In this document: one piece after another, positions 10,615-21,769 of the stretch
Numbering within the stretch: the stretch's first letter is position 1
Layout: every line of letters begins with the position of its first letter
Source of the DNA: an uncultured Ruficoccus sp.
GTDB taxonomy: Bacteria > Verrucomicrobiota > Verrucomicrobiia > Opitutales > Cerasicoccaceae
DNA: 64,000 nt
Direction of reading: 5' to 3'
NCBI GenBank assembly: GCA_965140785.1
Contig: OZ223510.1
Coordinates: forward strand, 160,001 to 224,000
Program-made: the position numbers and the translations under genes
The notes under the pieces: generated by a model
What the model was told of the DNA's origin: nothing
The model's input: the letters and a program-made list of their open reading frames with translations, nothing else
Databases searched by the model: none

Positions 10615-10628
10615 TGCATGCTAATGCA
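10615..10628. promoter_or_regulatory. Putative LacI operator upstream of the PEP-CTERM gene
   Basis: TGCATGCTAATGCA is the exact reverse complement of 5243-5256. Confidence 0.6.
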
Positions 10629-10666
10629 CCCCGTGGAGTGCATCACTGATGTCCAGTTAAGAGCAA

Positions 10667-10985
10667 GGCCACTTCTATTGACCTCGCAGATTTTAAGACA
10701 AATAACTATAATTTTCTATGCGCGTAAAGAGTGGCAGTGGACAGAGTAACATTTTCGATATTTTAAAACACGCGAAGAGTGCTTCGCAGCGTAAGAGCAG
10801 CCTGGATCGGCTTGCTGTGATCGACTGGGATTCGTTTCGTCCGCTGCTTGAGGAACGCCTGGCCTACGGCGACCAGAGTAAAGGTTGTCGCATCCCTTGG
10901 TGTCCTGTTTTGATGCTCATGGTGCTGGTGCTGCAACCGTGGCCAAGACTGGCATCCGCGCCGAGCCGATTTGCGGGATTCTTGT
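10667..10985 (+). mobile_element. Truncated IS5-family element (left end plus transposase 5' fragment)
   Basis: Left end GGCCACTTCTATTGACCTC; ORF from 10718 reads MRVKSG...LDRLAVIDWDSFRPLLEERL...KGCRIPWCPVLMLMVLVLQ, matching an IS5 transposase N-terminus; right boundary approximate. Confidence 0.8.
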
Positions 10986-11225
10986 GGGCTTGGATACCGA
11001 CCGGAGGCCAGCCAAGGCGATGCGATGGAGTCTTGGGAAAAACTGTCTGGCATACTGCATAGAAAATTTGCTTCTAGCGGTATCTTCCCTGTCGGCGGGA
11101 CTCATCGTAATCTTGACCAGCGACCGTCCAAACAACATACTCACTGAACACAAGTTAAGTTGTCCAAGCCGCCTCATCACCCCGATGGGTGAGCTCATTT
11201 GCCGCCATCTCTATAAATAAAAGTC

Positions 11226-13175
11226 ATGCGCTTACCCCAGCTTCTTCGAAGTCTCGTTCTATCACTGTTTCTCGTCCAACTTGCCTTATCCGTATCCGCG
11301 GCTGAGGAACAGACCGATCCCGCCTCGTCTTGCGAGGAACTGATCCTGAAGATCAAGCAACGGCAGGTAGAGCTGCCTCAAGGAGATAGCCGGGAATTTT
11401 ATCGAGAATTTGAAACGCTCCGCCGGATTCAGTCCTACATCGACACCAACCTGCTACCGCGCATTCAAAAGGAAGAGTGGAGCGGCGCCGCGCAAGCCCT
11501 TCAGGCGATGCTGAGCATGCAACCGCCCCCACAGATCAGCGAGCAGATCGACAAGCTCTTGGAGTCGGTGCAGGCTGAGCAGCAGGCTGAACAAGACCGC
11601 GTGGTTGAAGAGCTTGAAACTTTTAAAAAAAATCTGACTGAGCATCTGCTGGAGTGCAAAACGGCCAGTGAATTGGATGCCCCGATCAAGGAACTCAATC
11701 AGATCGCGGGACAGATTTCTAAAATTACGAGTTGGGACCGTGGAACGCGTCCCGAAACCAATTCTATTTTGGAACTCCTTGTGAACTGGCAGGATTTTCT
11801 TTATTTAAAAAGTCAGGGAAAAAACAAGGAAGCACAGAGGCACCTCGATCAAATTGAAAGGCAGGTCAGCCGGGTCCCGCTCGTTCCCCGCTCCCAGGTA
11901 CTTCAGCTTGGGATCGGACTGAGCAACGAAGTCGCCGAGAACAACATCAGTGAAGAATTGGACACGATTCTGGATACGATGGATGGTCCGGAGTCGTATG
12001 AGCGAATTTTCAAACAACTGCAGGACCTCTTTGATCGGAGTAACCAAAACTACACCGTATCCAGGTACCGGGATCTGGTCGAATCTTTCATGTTGGCCCG
12101 GAACTACATCAATGAGGACAATCCCTACGCAGCCTTCAATCGTATCAATTGGGTGGGAAGGTCATCCGGGACAGAGGCGGACCCGCGCATGTCCGCCGAG
12201 CGTGAAAGATTGATCCTTGAGGCTTTGTCCCTGGGGCAGCCCGAGGAGCTTCAGCCCTTAGAGGACGAGTCCGTCATTGTTTACGTGGATCGGGTTGCCG
12301 CCGCGCTGGGCAAGGCAGAACAGTGGCAAGAGCAGTGGGAATTTCTCGATCGCGCGAGGGCATCGCAAGTCATTCAGAATAACCCGAGTACCTACGAGGA
12401 ATTGCGCAACAGCTCCAAGCTTATTGCAGGGACACGCTACGAGCAGATCGGGGAAGACGAGACCGCCTACATGTTCTACAGTGACGTTATTGATTCGCCC
12501 TCCCGGTTTAATCAGGGGATCGGAGCGCAGGCTGGCATCAAACGACTGCTCGAGAAGGACCCGGGAATTGCGCAACGTGCAAGGATCAAGCAAGCGGAGC
12601 AGAATGCCTATCGGAGATACTTTCAAGAAAGCCTCAGCCGGGACGGGGGAAGGATGCCGGCTCACATGTTAAGCGAAAAAGCTCTGAGTTCCGTGATCGA
12701 TGAGAAGGTCAAAGAGACGGTTGCCACCCAAGTTCAGCAGATGCAGGGCAGCAGGGACCCCTTTGCGCCATCCTCAGGGGATCGTCAAAAAAAACCGAAT
12801 ACGAAGCCCGGCCAGCGGTTCGAGGTCACCTATCTGGACGATCAGGAAAACCAGGTTACTCAGATTTTCGACCATTTCTCTCAAAGCGGGCAGCATTTTC
12901 TACGCACCATTGATCACCACGAGCTGACGGTGGATATGGTTCAGTCGATCGAGATCAAAGATCCACTGCCCCTGAAAACGATCAAGCAGTGGCCCTCGAA
13001 GTTTGAGAACAAAAAGGACATCCCCATCACGAAGCTGAAGATCACGTTGCTCTCGGGCGAAGAGTTTGAAGACCAGATGTACAGCACGCTATTTCTGACC
13101 TTCACGAATGAAGCTGAACATCAGCGGCTATCGGAACATCCTCCACGAATCTTATCCATTAAGCGAGTTCCTTGA
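11226..13175 (+). CDS. Hypothetical secreted protein, mostly alpha-helical with a small C-terminal beta domain
   Basis: 649-aa ORF with signal peptide (...LALSVSA-AEE) and E/Q/L-rich helical composition; no family recognised. Confidence 0.75.
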   Translation: MRLPQLLRSLVLSLFLVQLALSVSAAEEQTDPASSCEELILKIKQRQVELPQGDSREFYREFETLRRIQSYIDTNLLPRIQKEEWSGAAQALQAMLSMQPPPQISEQIDKLLESVQAEQQAEQDRVVEELETFKKNLTEHLLECKTASELDAPIKELNQIAGQISKITSWDRGTRPETNSILELLVNWQDFLYLKSQGKNKEAQRHLDQIERQVSRVPLVPRSQVLQLGIGLSNEVAENNISEELDTILDTMDGPESYERIFKQLQDLFDRSNQNYTVSRYRDLVESFMLARNYINEDNPYAAFNRINWVGRSSGTEADPRMSAERERLILEALSLGQPEELQPLEDESVIVYVDRVAAALGKAEQWQEQWEFLDRARASQVIQNNPSTYEELRNSSKLIAGTRYEQIGEDETAYMFYSDVIDSPSRFNQGIGAQAGIKRLLEKDPGIAQRARIKQAEQNAYRRYFQESLSRDGGRMPAHMLSEKALSSVIDEKVKETVATQVQQMQGSRDPFAPSSGDRQKKPNTKPGQRFEVTYLDDQENQVTQIFDHFSQSGQHFLRTIDHHELTVDMVQSIEIKDPLPLKTIKQWPSKFENKKDIPITKLKITLLSGEEFEDQMYSTLFLTFTNEAEHQRLSEHPPRILSIKRVP

Positions 13176-13329
13176 GTCGTCGTGCGGGAGACAGGTGGGA
13201 ATCGGTATTTACCGAGAGCCCAGCTCGTTTTCCAGTTTGGCGGCCAGGGTGCGTGTGGGCGGGGGGGCGATACGCCCAATGCGGATTGGGAGTCTTTGTG
13301 TTTCTCGTCCACCTGACGGGGGATACGAT

Positions 13330-13363
13330 AAAGCCTGTCGGCTTATACGCCGACAGGCTTTTC
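13330..13363. terminator. Bidirectional intrinsic terminator
   Basis: Perfect 13-bp stem AAAGCCTGTCGGC-ttatac-GCCGACAGGCTTT between convergent genes. Confidence 0.75.
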
Positions 13364-13488
13364 ATTTATAAATCAGTCACGCGGGCAAGACACCATCTGT
13401 CTTCACCCTGAAGTCCCAAGTGCGATGCTCGCTCAGCCTGAGACGGAAAGTCTTCGGCGGGAATGAATCGCTTGCTTGGTCAGCGATT

Positions 13489-13791
13489 TTAGAACCAGCC
13501 TTTTTTGCCGTTGATATAGGTGGCGGCAAACTCGTCGTCACTGCGGGTCAGGTAAATGATGCCTTCGATCAGTCCGATGATCCCGACCACAGTGGCGGCC
13601 AGGCCAAAAGTCAGGAATCCGCCGATCAGCGTGACCAGCAGCATGATCAGGCCCTCCTTGGTGTAGCCGAGGATGAATTTGTGAATACCGAGGAAGCCCA
13701 AGAGAATACCGCAGATACCGGCAGCGATTTTTTTGCCGGCCACGTCGGAGGAGGGAGGAGGTGTCGCAGGCGCTTCAGGTGTTTCGGTCAT
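13489..13791 (-). CDS. TM2 domain-containing membrane protein
   Basis: KKIAAGICGILLGFLGIHKFILG...IGLIEGIIYLTRSDDEF...KKGWF. Confidence 0.9.
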   Translation of the reverse strand: MTETPEAPATPPPSSDVAGKKIAAGICGILLGFLGIHKFILGYTKEGLIMLLVTLIGGFLTFGLAATVVGIIGLIEGIIYLTRSDDEFAATYINGKKGWF

Positions 13792-13884
13792 AAGAGTACA
13801 GATTCAGTGGTTTGCAGTTTCAGGGCGCTTCGATCGACCGGCCGTCGATGGAGGAGCCCGAGGTGAGAGTTGTGCGAGAGGAAA

Positions 13885-14574
13885 TCAGTACCGGCCCTGC
13901 TGGAGCTGTTGCAACTGGTCCATGAAGCCAGGAGCCGAGGCGCCAACGATCATCGTGAAAATAAAGAACCCGATGATGGCCACCAAATAAAGCAGGGTTA
14001 AGACGCCCATAATGACGATCAGCAGCTTGATTTTGTTCTGGGCACTGAGGGCCAGATCGAAGTCGCCGCTCATGCTGGCTTCGCGCGCCCGGTTGGCAGC
14101 CTGCCACATGAGGACGCCCATCCAGATCGGCAACCAGGCCCACAGGATCCCGACGATGGTCAGGACCGAAAACGCCCCGCTGACGATTTGCAGGATGGCC
14201 ATCAACTTGAGCCAGAAACCTGCTCCGGCCAAGGGCTCGCTCAGGGCCACCACGACTTGGTCGTTGCCGGTCCCGGTGCTTGTACCGGAGGCGGGGAACC
14301 CTGAAGGCTCGGGGAGGGGGGCGGACGTCGCCGTCGCCGGGGCCATGGGCGTACCCAGCCGGACGGGGCCGGATGACCGCGCGGGTGAGTTTTTCTTGTT
14401 TTCGAACAAGTCGGAGAATTCCGGCAATTCGCCCAGCGGGCGGGGGCTTTCCTCGCCGCGCCGGATGATGGTTTGCGTATTGGCCCGGCCTTGCTGGACC
14501 CATTCGCGGATGGTGGTTGCCGGGACGGGGCCGTACTCTTTGCCGTCGCCTCCAGTGATCGTATAATTTTCCAC
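13885..14574 (-). CDS. GYF_2 (DUF4339) + DUF5362 membrane protein
   Basis: N-terminal GGDGKEYGPV...WVQQGRAN, Pro-rich linker, C-terminal WLKLMAIL...WAWLPIWMGVLMWQAA. Confidence 0.75.
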   Translation of the reverse strand: MENYTITGGDGKEYGPVPATTIREWVQQGRANTQTIIRRGEESPRPLGELPEFSDLFENKKNSPARSSGPVRLGTPMAPATATSAPLPEPSGFPASGTSTGTGNDQVVVALSEPLAGAGFWLKLMAILQIVSGAFSVLTIVGILWAWLPIWMGVLMWQAANRAREASMSGDFDLALSAQNKIKLLIVIMGVLTLLYLVAIIGFFIFTMIVGASAPGFMDQLQQLQQGRY

Positions 14575-14710
14575 AGCGGTAGTAAGTAAGAGGGGATTGT
14601 CGTGCTTAGCGTAAGAAAGGCTAACGGGTTGTCAGTCGTGCAGGCAAGTCTCTTTCCTCAATGGACACCGGACCGCTATTTTTTGATTTTTACTTAACGG
14701 CGAATCGCCT

Positions 14711-15403
14711 ATGGTGCCTTTCGATCATCCCATGAGCGTATTTAAGCCAGCAACCCTTTCCGACCAGATCTACCGCGAGCTGCAACGGCGCATCCTGCGC
14801 TGCGAGCTGGCTCCGGGGGAACGCCTGGTGGAGAAGGCCCTGTGCGAGGAGCTGGCGATCTCCCGGGCCAGCCTGCGGGAGGTGCTCGCCCGCCTGGCCC
14901 AGGACAAGCTCGTCACCCTCAAGCCCAATTGCGGCTTTAGCGTGACGCCGATCACGATCGAGAGCTTCCGTAATGTGTGCGAACTGCGCCGCGTGGTGGA
15001 GTCCCAGGTTGCCGCACTGGCCGCCGAGCGTGCCACCCCTGCCGACATCGCCCAGATGCGTCAGACAGCTGTGGTCGATTGCGCCTTTGACGATAAGGAC
15101 GCTTTTGCCGTGTACTGCGAGAGCAACCGCGCCTTTCACCAGAGCATCGCCGAATGCATCGACAATATACTCCTGGAAGACATCGTGCTGGCCGCTCTCG
15201 ACAAGGACCAGCAGCCGATTTACTACGGGATCGACATCTCAGTGTGCACGCGGCCCCTTGATGTCACCGCCGAGCACCTCGCCATCGTCGATGCGATCGA
15301 GGCGCGCGATCCGGAGCGGGCACGCCACCTCATGGCCCAGCACATCGGCAAGAAAGAGGACCGCATCCTCGAAGCTCTCAAGGACAAGGACATCCCGGCA
15401 TGA
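14711..15403 (+). CDS. GntR-family regulator (FadR/FCD type)
   Basis: LAPGERLVEKALCEELAISRASLREVL wHTH; C-terminal EHLAIVDAIEARDPERA; alternative start 14732. Confidence 0.9.
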   Translation: MVPFDHPMSVFKPATLSDQIYRELQRRILRCELAPGERLVEKALCEELAISRASLREVLARLAQDKLVTLKPNCGFSVTPITIESFRNVCELRRVVESQVAALAAERATPADIAQMRQTAVVDCAFDDKDAFAVYCESNRAFHQSIAECIDNILLEDIVLAALDKDQQPIYYGIDISVCTRPLDVTAEHLAIVDAIEARDPERARHLMAQHIGKKEDRILEALKDKDIPA

Positions 15404-16053
15404 CCAAACGCGAACGTGCCGAATGGATCGCCGGTGAGCTGCAACGGCTCTTTCCGAATCCCAAAATCCCCCTCGACCACAAGGACCCCTATACGCTGTT
15501 GGTCGCGGTGTTACTCTCGGCCCAGTGCACGGATACGCGCGTCAATCTGGTCACGCCTATTCTCTTTGAACGGGCGGACAATCCGGCGGACATGGCCCAG
15601 GTGCCGGTAGAGGAAATCCAGGCCATTATCCGCCCCTGCGGACTGGCCCCGGCCAAGGCCAAGGGCATCTGCGGCCTGTCGAAGATTATTATGGAGAAGC
15701 ACGGGGGCGAAGTCCCCCGGACGATGGAGGAGCTGGAGGAGCTGCCGGGGGTGGGGCACAAGACCGCCTCAGTCGTCATGGTCCAGGCGTTCGAGGAGCC
15801 GGCCTTTCCGGTCGATACGCACATTCACCGTCTGGCCCAGCGCTGGGAGCTGACCAGCGGCAAGAATGTGGTCCAGACCGAGCGGGACCTGAAGCGGCTT
15901 TTCCCGGCCTCCAGTTGGCACGACCTGCACCTGCAAATCATCTACTATGGTCGCGAAATTTGTCCGGCCCGTGGCTGCGATGGGCTGCGCTGTGAAATTT
16001 GCCGCACCTGTTTCCCGGAGCGCAAACGTCCCCGTAAGCGCAAGCCGGCTTGA
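15400..16053 (+). CDS. nth: Endonuclease III
   Basis: LLSAQCTD, HhH LPGVGHKTA, FPVDTHIHR; overlaps the GntR stop codon (ATGA). Confidence 0.93.
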   Translation: MTKRERAEWIAGELQRLFPNPKIPLDHKDPYTLLVAVLLSAQCTDTRVNLVTPILFERADNPADMAQVPVEEIQAIIRPCGLAPAKAKGICGLSKIIMEKHGGEVPRTMEELEELPGVGHKTASVVMVQAFEEPAFPVDTHIHRLAQRWELTSGKNVVQTERDLKRLFPASSWHDLHLQIIYYGREICPARGCDGLRCEICRTCFPERKRPRKRKPA

Positions 16054-16075
16054 AGTCGGGCGGCAGTACGGCGGG

Positions 16076-16480
16076 TTATTCCTCAGTTCCGGCTTCGGGA
16101 GAAGATGTTTCGGCGGCGGGCTCGGCTTTTTGGCCAGTCTCAGACGGCTGGGCCGGCTCGGAAGCCTCTTTGGGCTGGATGAAGCGGATTTCGCCATCCA
16201 CAAGGAAATAATTGCGCCCTTGGGCCTGGTCGGTTTGAAGCTTGCTGGTTTCCCCTTCTGCAATGGAATAGTGCAGGTTGCGGATCTGGCTCGCCGTCAT
16301 CTTCTTCGAACTGAGCTCAAAAAGACTTTGGCTGAGCCAGTTGTCCCCTATGGTGTGGTCGCGGGAGGCGATGTCGAACAGCAGGCAGGAGTTGTCAAAG
16401 AGTGCATGCGTCGCGCTCAGGGGAAGCGCCGCCAGGCAAGCGGCGGTCAGCCATTGACGAAGGGGCGTGCGGGGGAACAT
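16076..16480 (-). CDS. Hypothetical exported protein
   Basis: MFPRTPLRQWLTAACLAALPLSATHA signal peptide, short domain, acidic Pro/Ala/Glu tail. Confidence 0.6.
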   Translation of the reverse strand: MFPRTPLRQWLTAACLAALPLSATHALFDNSCLLFDIASRDHTIGDNWLSQSLFELSSKKMTASQIRNLHYSIAEGETSKLQTDQAQGRNYFLVDGEIRFIQPKEASEPAQPSETGQKAEPAAETSSPEAGTEE

Positions 16481-16752
16481 CGGCAAACAGGCTACGGTGC
16501 CGGAGCCGGCGTGACAACCCAAATCGAGTTTCGCCGGGGGGCTCACCCCCGCTTGCCCAATTAGTTCAGGCTTGCCGGTTGCCGGCGTTAAGACTAGGAC
16601 AAACGCTGTGAAATTATGGCGCATGTGGGGTAATTTTGTCACAATTCCCGGCTCGCCTGAATTTGGCGGACGATGAAGGTTTTAGACTTTATCATGTTTT
16701 AAATCAATAGCTTATCGTTCAGGTTGGTCCACCGTAAACACTTCTACAGAGA

Positions 16753-16768
16753 TGGAACATTTTGTGCA
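16753..16768 (+). promoter_or_regulatory. Putative sigma-54 (-24/-12) promoter of clpB
   Basis: TGGAACATTTTGTGCA has GG-N10-GC spacing and ends 12 bp before ATG 16781. Confidence 0.5.
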
Positions 16769-16780
16769 ATTTCGTTCACC

Positions 16781-19384
<2,604 letters not shown>

Positions 19385-19547
19385 CCCCGCCGGACATAAA
19401 AGGGCTGCGCCCTTATGCGTCTCAAGCCCTTTCATGCAAAGTATCGCAATGTCTCCGGTTTTACCGGAGGCATTTTTTATCGCTCAAGCACGGTTGTAGT
19501 TGGGGGTGGGGCTTGCCACGGGGTAGTTATTTGTTACTATAAAAACT

Positions 19548-19925
19548 GTGAAAGTCGCCATCCGTTTTATTGTGATCACCGCCTGCCTGTGTCTGGCTGC
19601 CAGCATGATGGCCGGTGCAGGCTGTTGGCTTGGGCAGAAGATTACGATCTCTCAGGCTAGCCGTGAGGCCTCTGGAGTGTTGCGCGATTTGCGGGCGTAT
19701 CCGGCTGGAAACGATCGGTATTATCTAATCAAAACAGACGAACGCTTCTTTTCTGTGATCTGGCTGAGGCCCGAGACGACAGAGTTGAAATACGCCTCGG
19801 ATGTCCCATCAGCACGCAAAGCGGTGGCGGCGCTAAAGGTCATTCAGGGACGGAATTTATACGTCGTTCTTTACGATGATGGTGCGATCGAGGAATACAC
19901 TGGACCGTTGAATCAGTTGCCATAA
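19548..19925 (+). CDS. Hypothetical protein with N-terminal hydrophobic segment
   Basis: 125-aa ORF, GTG start, lower GC than its neighbours, no recognised family. Confidence 0.55.
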   Translation: MKVAIRFIVITACLCLAASMMAGAGCWLGQKITISQASREASGVLRDLRAYPAGNDRYYLIKTDERFFSVIWLRPETTELKYASDVPSARKAVAALKVIQGRNLYVVLYDDGAIEEYTGPLNQLP

Positions 19926-20020
19926 TGAAAGCTTGCTGGGAGGGTTCTTATACTCGCCCAATGAATCAGCGAAATACTGGCAAAGACTGTATTGATACCG
20001 CCTATCTCGCGCTCGCGGCA

Positions 20021-20518
20021 CTAGTGATGATGATGCCCCGTCGGTACGCCCCAGGCCCAGCGTTTGCCGGACCAGAGGACCTCGCCGTCGGGCTGGGCCA
20101 GGGTGACGCGGACCTTGTGGTGGGTGTAGGGGTCGATCTCGGCCTCGGTGGGGCCGAAGAGCTGATACTCCGCGTCCCAGGCTAAGGTCTCCTTACCAAA
20201 GTCCCCGCCGATGGTGACGACGCTGTCCGGTGGCAGGGTGGGGGCAGTCACGACAGCCAGGTGCGGCCCCGCCCAACCCAGTTCGAGTTGGGTCGGCTGC
20301 CCATCGATCATGATCTCGTAAACGGCCCCCTGGAAGCGCCCCCGCTCGATATGGGCGGCTTTCTCCGTCTGCCAGTTCTGGTAGAGCGGGATGGCGACGA
20401 TCAGTCCGATGATGGCCAGCGCGGCGATGACGGTCGCTATCAGCCGCCAGTTCAGGCCGCTGGGCGGAATCAGGTTGGGATTCTCGGAGGGGGTGTAAGG
20501 GGGTTGCGGCTGAGACAT
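20021..20518 (-). CDS. Hypothetical single-pass membrane protein with C-terminal His4
   Basis: One transmembrane helix (LIATVIAALAIIGLIVAIPL), beta-rich soluble part, ends GHHHH; host-like codon usage. Confidence 0.75.
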   Translation of the reverse strand: MSQPQPPYTPSENPNLIPPSGLNWRLIATVIAALAIIGLIVAIPLYQNWQTEKAAHIERGRFQGAVYEIMIDGQPTQLELGWAGPHLAVVTAPTLPPDSVVTIGGDFGKETLAWDAEYQLFGPTEAEIDPYTHHKVRVTLAQPDGEVLWSGKRWAWGVPTGHHHH

Positions 20519-20656
20519 GAGTGAGGGGAAGAAAGAGTTTCAGATGCAATTTTATTGCGATAATAGCCCTTGTGACCGAAGGCTGTCAAGTTCCCGGCAG
20601 TGCCTGCGTTTCCCGCTTGCGGCAGGCGGGGTTTGCGAAAAAGCTGACCGCTTCCC

Positions 20657-21562
20657 ATGAGTGAGAAAACAGGCCCCGAGTATTTCAACCGCATCACCGG
20701 CAAGATCGAATACGAGTCGGTTTATGGCGAGGCGTGGCTGGACTGGGCTTACAACCATCCGCTGGGGCGGCTGACTGTCGAGCTGGCTGTGAAGCGGGCG
20801 TGGTTCTCGCGGTGGTACGGCTGGCGCATGAGCCGCCGCTCGAGTGCCAAGAAGGTCGTCCCGTTCATCGAAAAGTACGGCCTCGATATTGCCGAAATGG
20901 CCCGCCCGCCCGACCATTTCGAGAGCTTTAACGACTTCTTCAGCCGTCGCCTCAAGCCCGAGGCCCGGCCTATCGACCCGGACCCGCAGTCGGTGGTCTT
21001 CCCCGCCGACGGGCGGCATTTGGGGTTCGCCGATGTGAGCGCGTCGGACCAGTTTTACGCGAAAGGCCAGCGCATGAACCTCGAAGCGCTGCTCGGTGAC
21101 CGTGAACTGGCCGCCCGCTACCACGGCGGTTCGATGGTCATCTCGCGTCTGTGCCCGGTGGACTACCACCGCTTCCATTATCCGGCGGAGGGCGTGCCGG
21201 GTGAGACGCTCGCCATCAACGGCGACCTCTATTCGGTCAACCCCGTCTGCCTGCGCCAGCGGCTCTCCGTGCTGTGGGAAAACAAGCGCACCCTGACCGG
21301 CCTTCAGACTGAGCACTTCGGCCAAATCCTGTGCCTGGAAATCGGCGCGACCTGCGTGGGGTCGATCGTGCAGACACATGTGCCCGGCCAGCACACGGCC
21401 AAGGGCGGCGAGAAGGGCTTTTTCCAGTTTGGTGGCTCGATGTGCATCACGCTCTTCGAGCCCGGACGCGTTTCCCTGGCCGACGACCTGCTGGAGCACA
21501 CAGCCGCCGGTCGCGAGCTGTACGCCCGCATGGGCGACGTGATGGGAAGAGGCCGCGCCTAG
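20657..21562 (+). CDS. psd: Phosphatidylserine decarboxylase proenzyme
   Basis: SFNDFFSRRLK, PADGR, RLCPVDYHRFH, EIGATCVGSI and the FGGS autocleavage motif. Confidence 0.92.
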   Translation: MSEKTGPEYFNRITGKIEYESVYGEAWLDWAYNHPLGRLTVELAVKRAWFSRWYGWRMSRRSSAKKVVPFIEKYGLDIAEMARPPDHFESFNDFFSRRLKPEARPIDPDPQSVVFPADGRHLGFADVSASDQFYAKGQRMNLEALLGDRELAARYHGGSMVISRLCPVDYHRFHYPAEGVPGETLAINGDLYSVNPVCLRQRLSVLWENKRTLTGLQTEHFGQILCLEIGATCVGSIVQTHVPGQHTAKGGEKGFFQFGGSMCITLFEPGRVSLADDLLEHTAAGRELYARMGDVMGRGRA

Positions 21563-21698
21563 CACAGGGCAAAGCCCTGCACCCTAGATGCTGCGCATCT
21601 GGATGGCATTTCTTGAGGAAATGCCATGGGGGTAAGTCTCCCGAGCTAACGACCGTTTCAGCTTAGGGGTTCAGTGTTGGGAAGCTTCCTCCACCCAT

Positions 21699-21729
21699 AA
21701 AAAAGCGCCCCCATGGCCGAGGGCGCTTT
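21699..21729 (-). terminator. Intrinsic terminator of mscS
   Basis: AAAGCGCCC...GGGCGCTTT stem preceded by an A-run on the + strand. Confidence 0.7.
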
Positions 21730-21769
21730 GTCGTTAAAAGATGAATAAAGGCTTGGTCCCGTAAACAGC

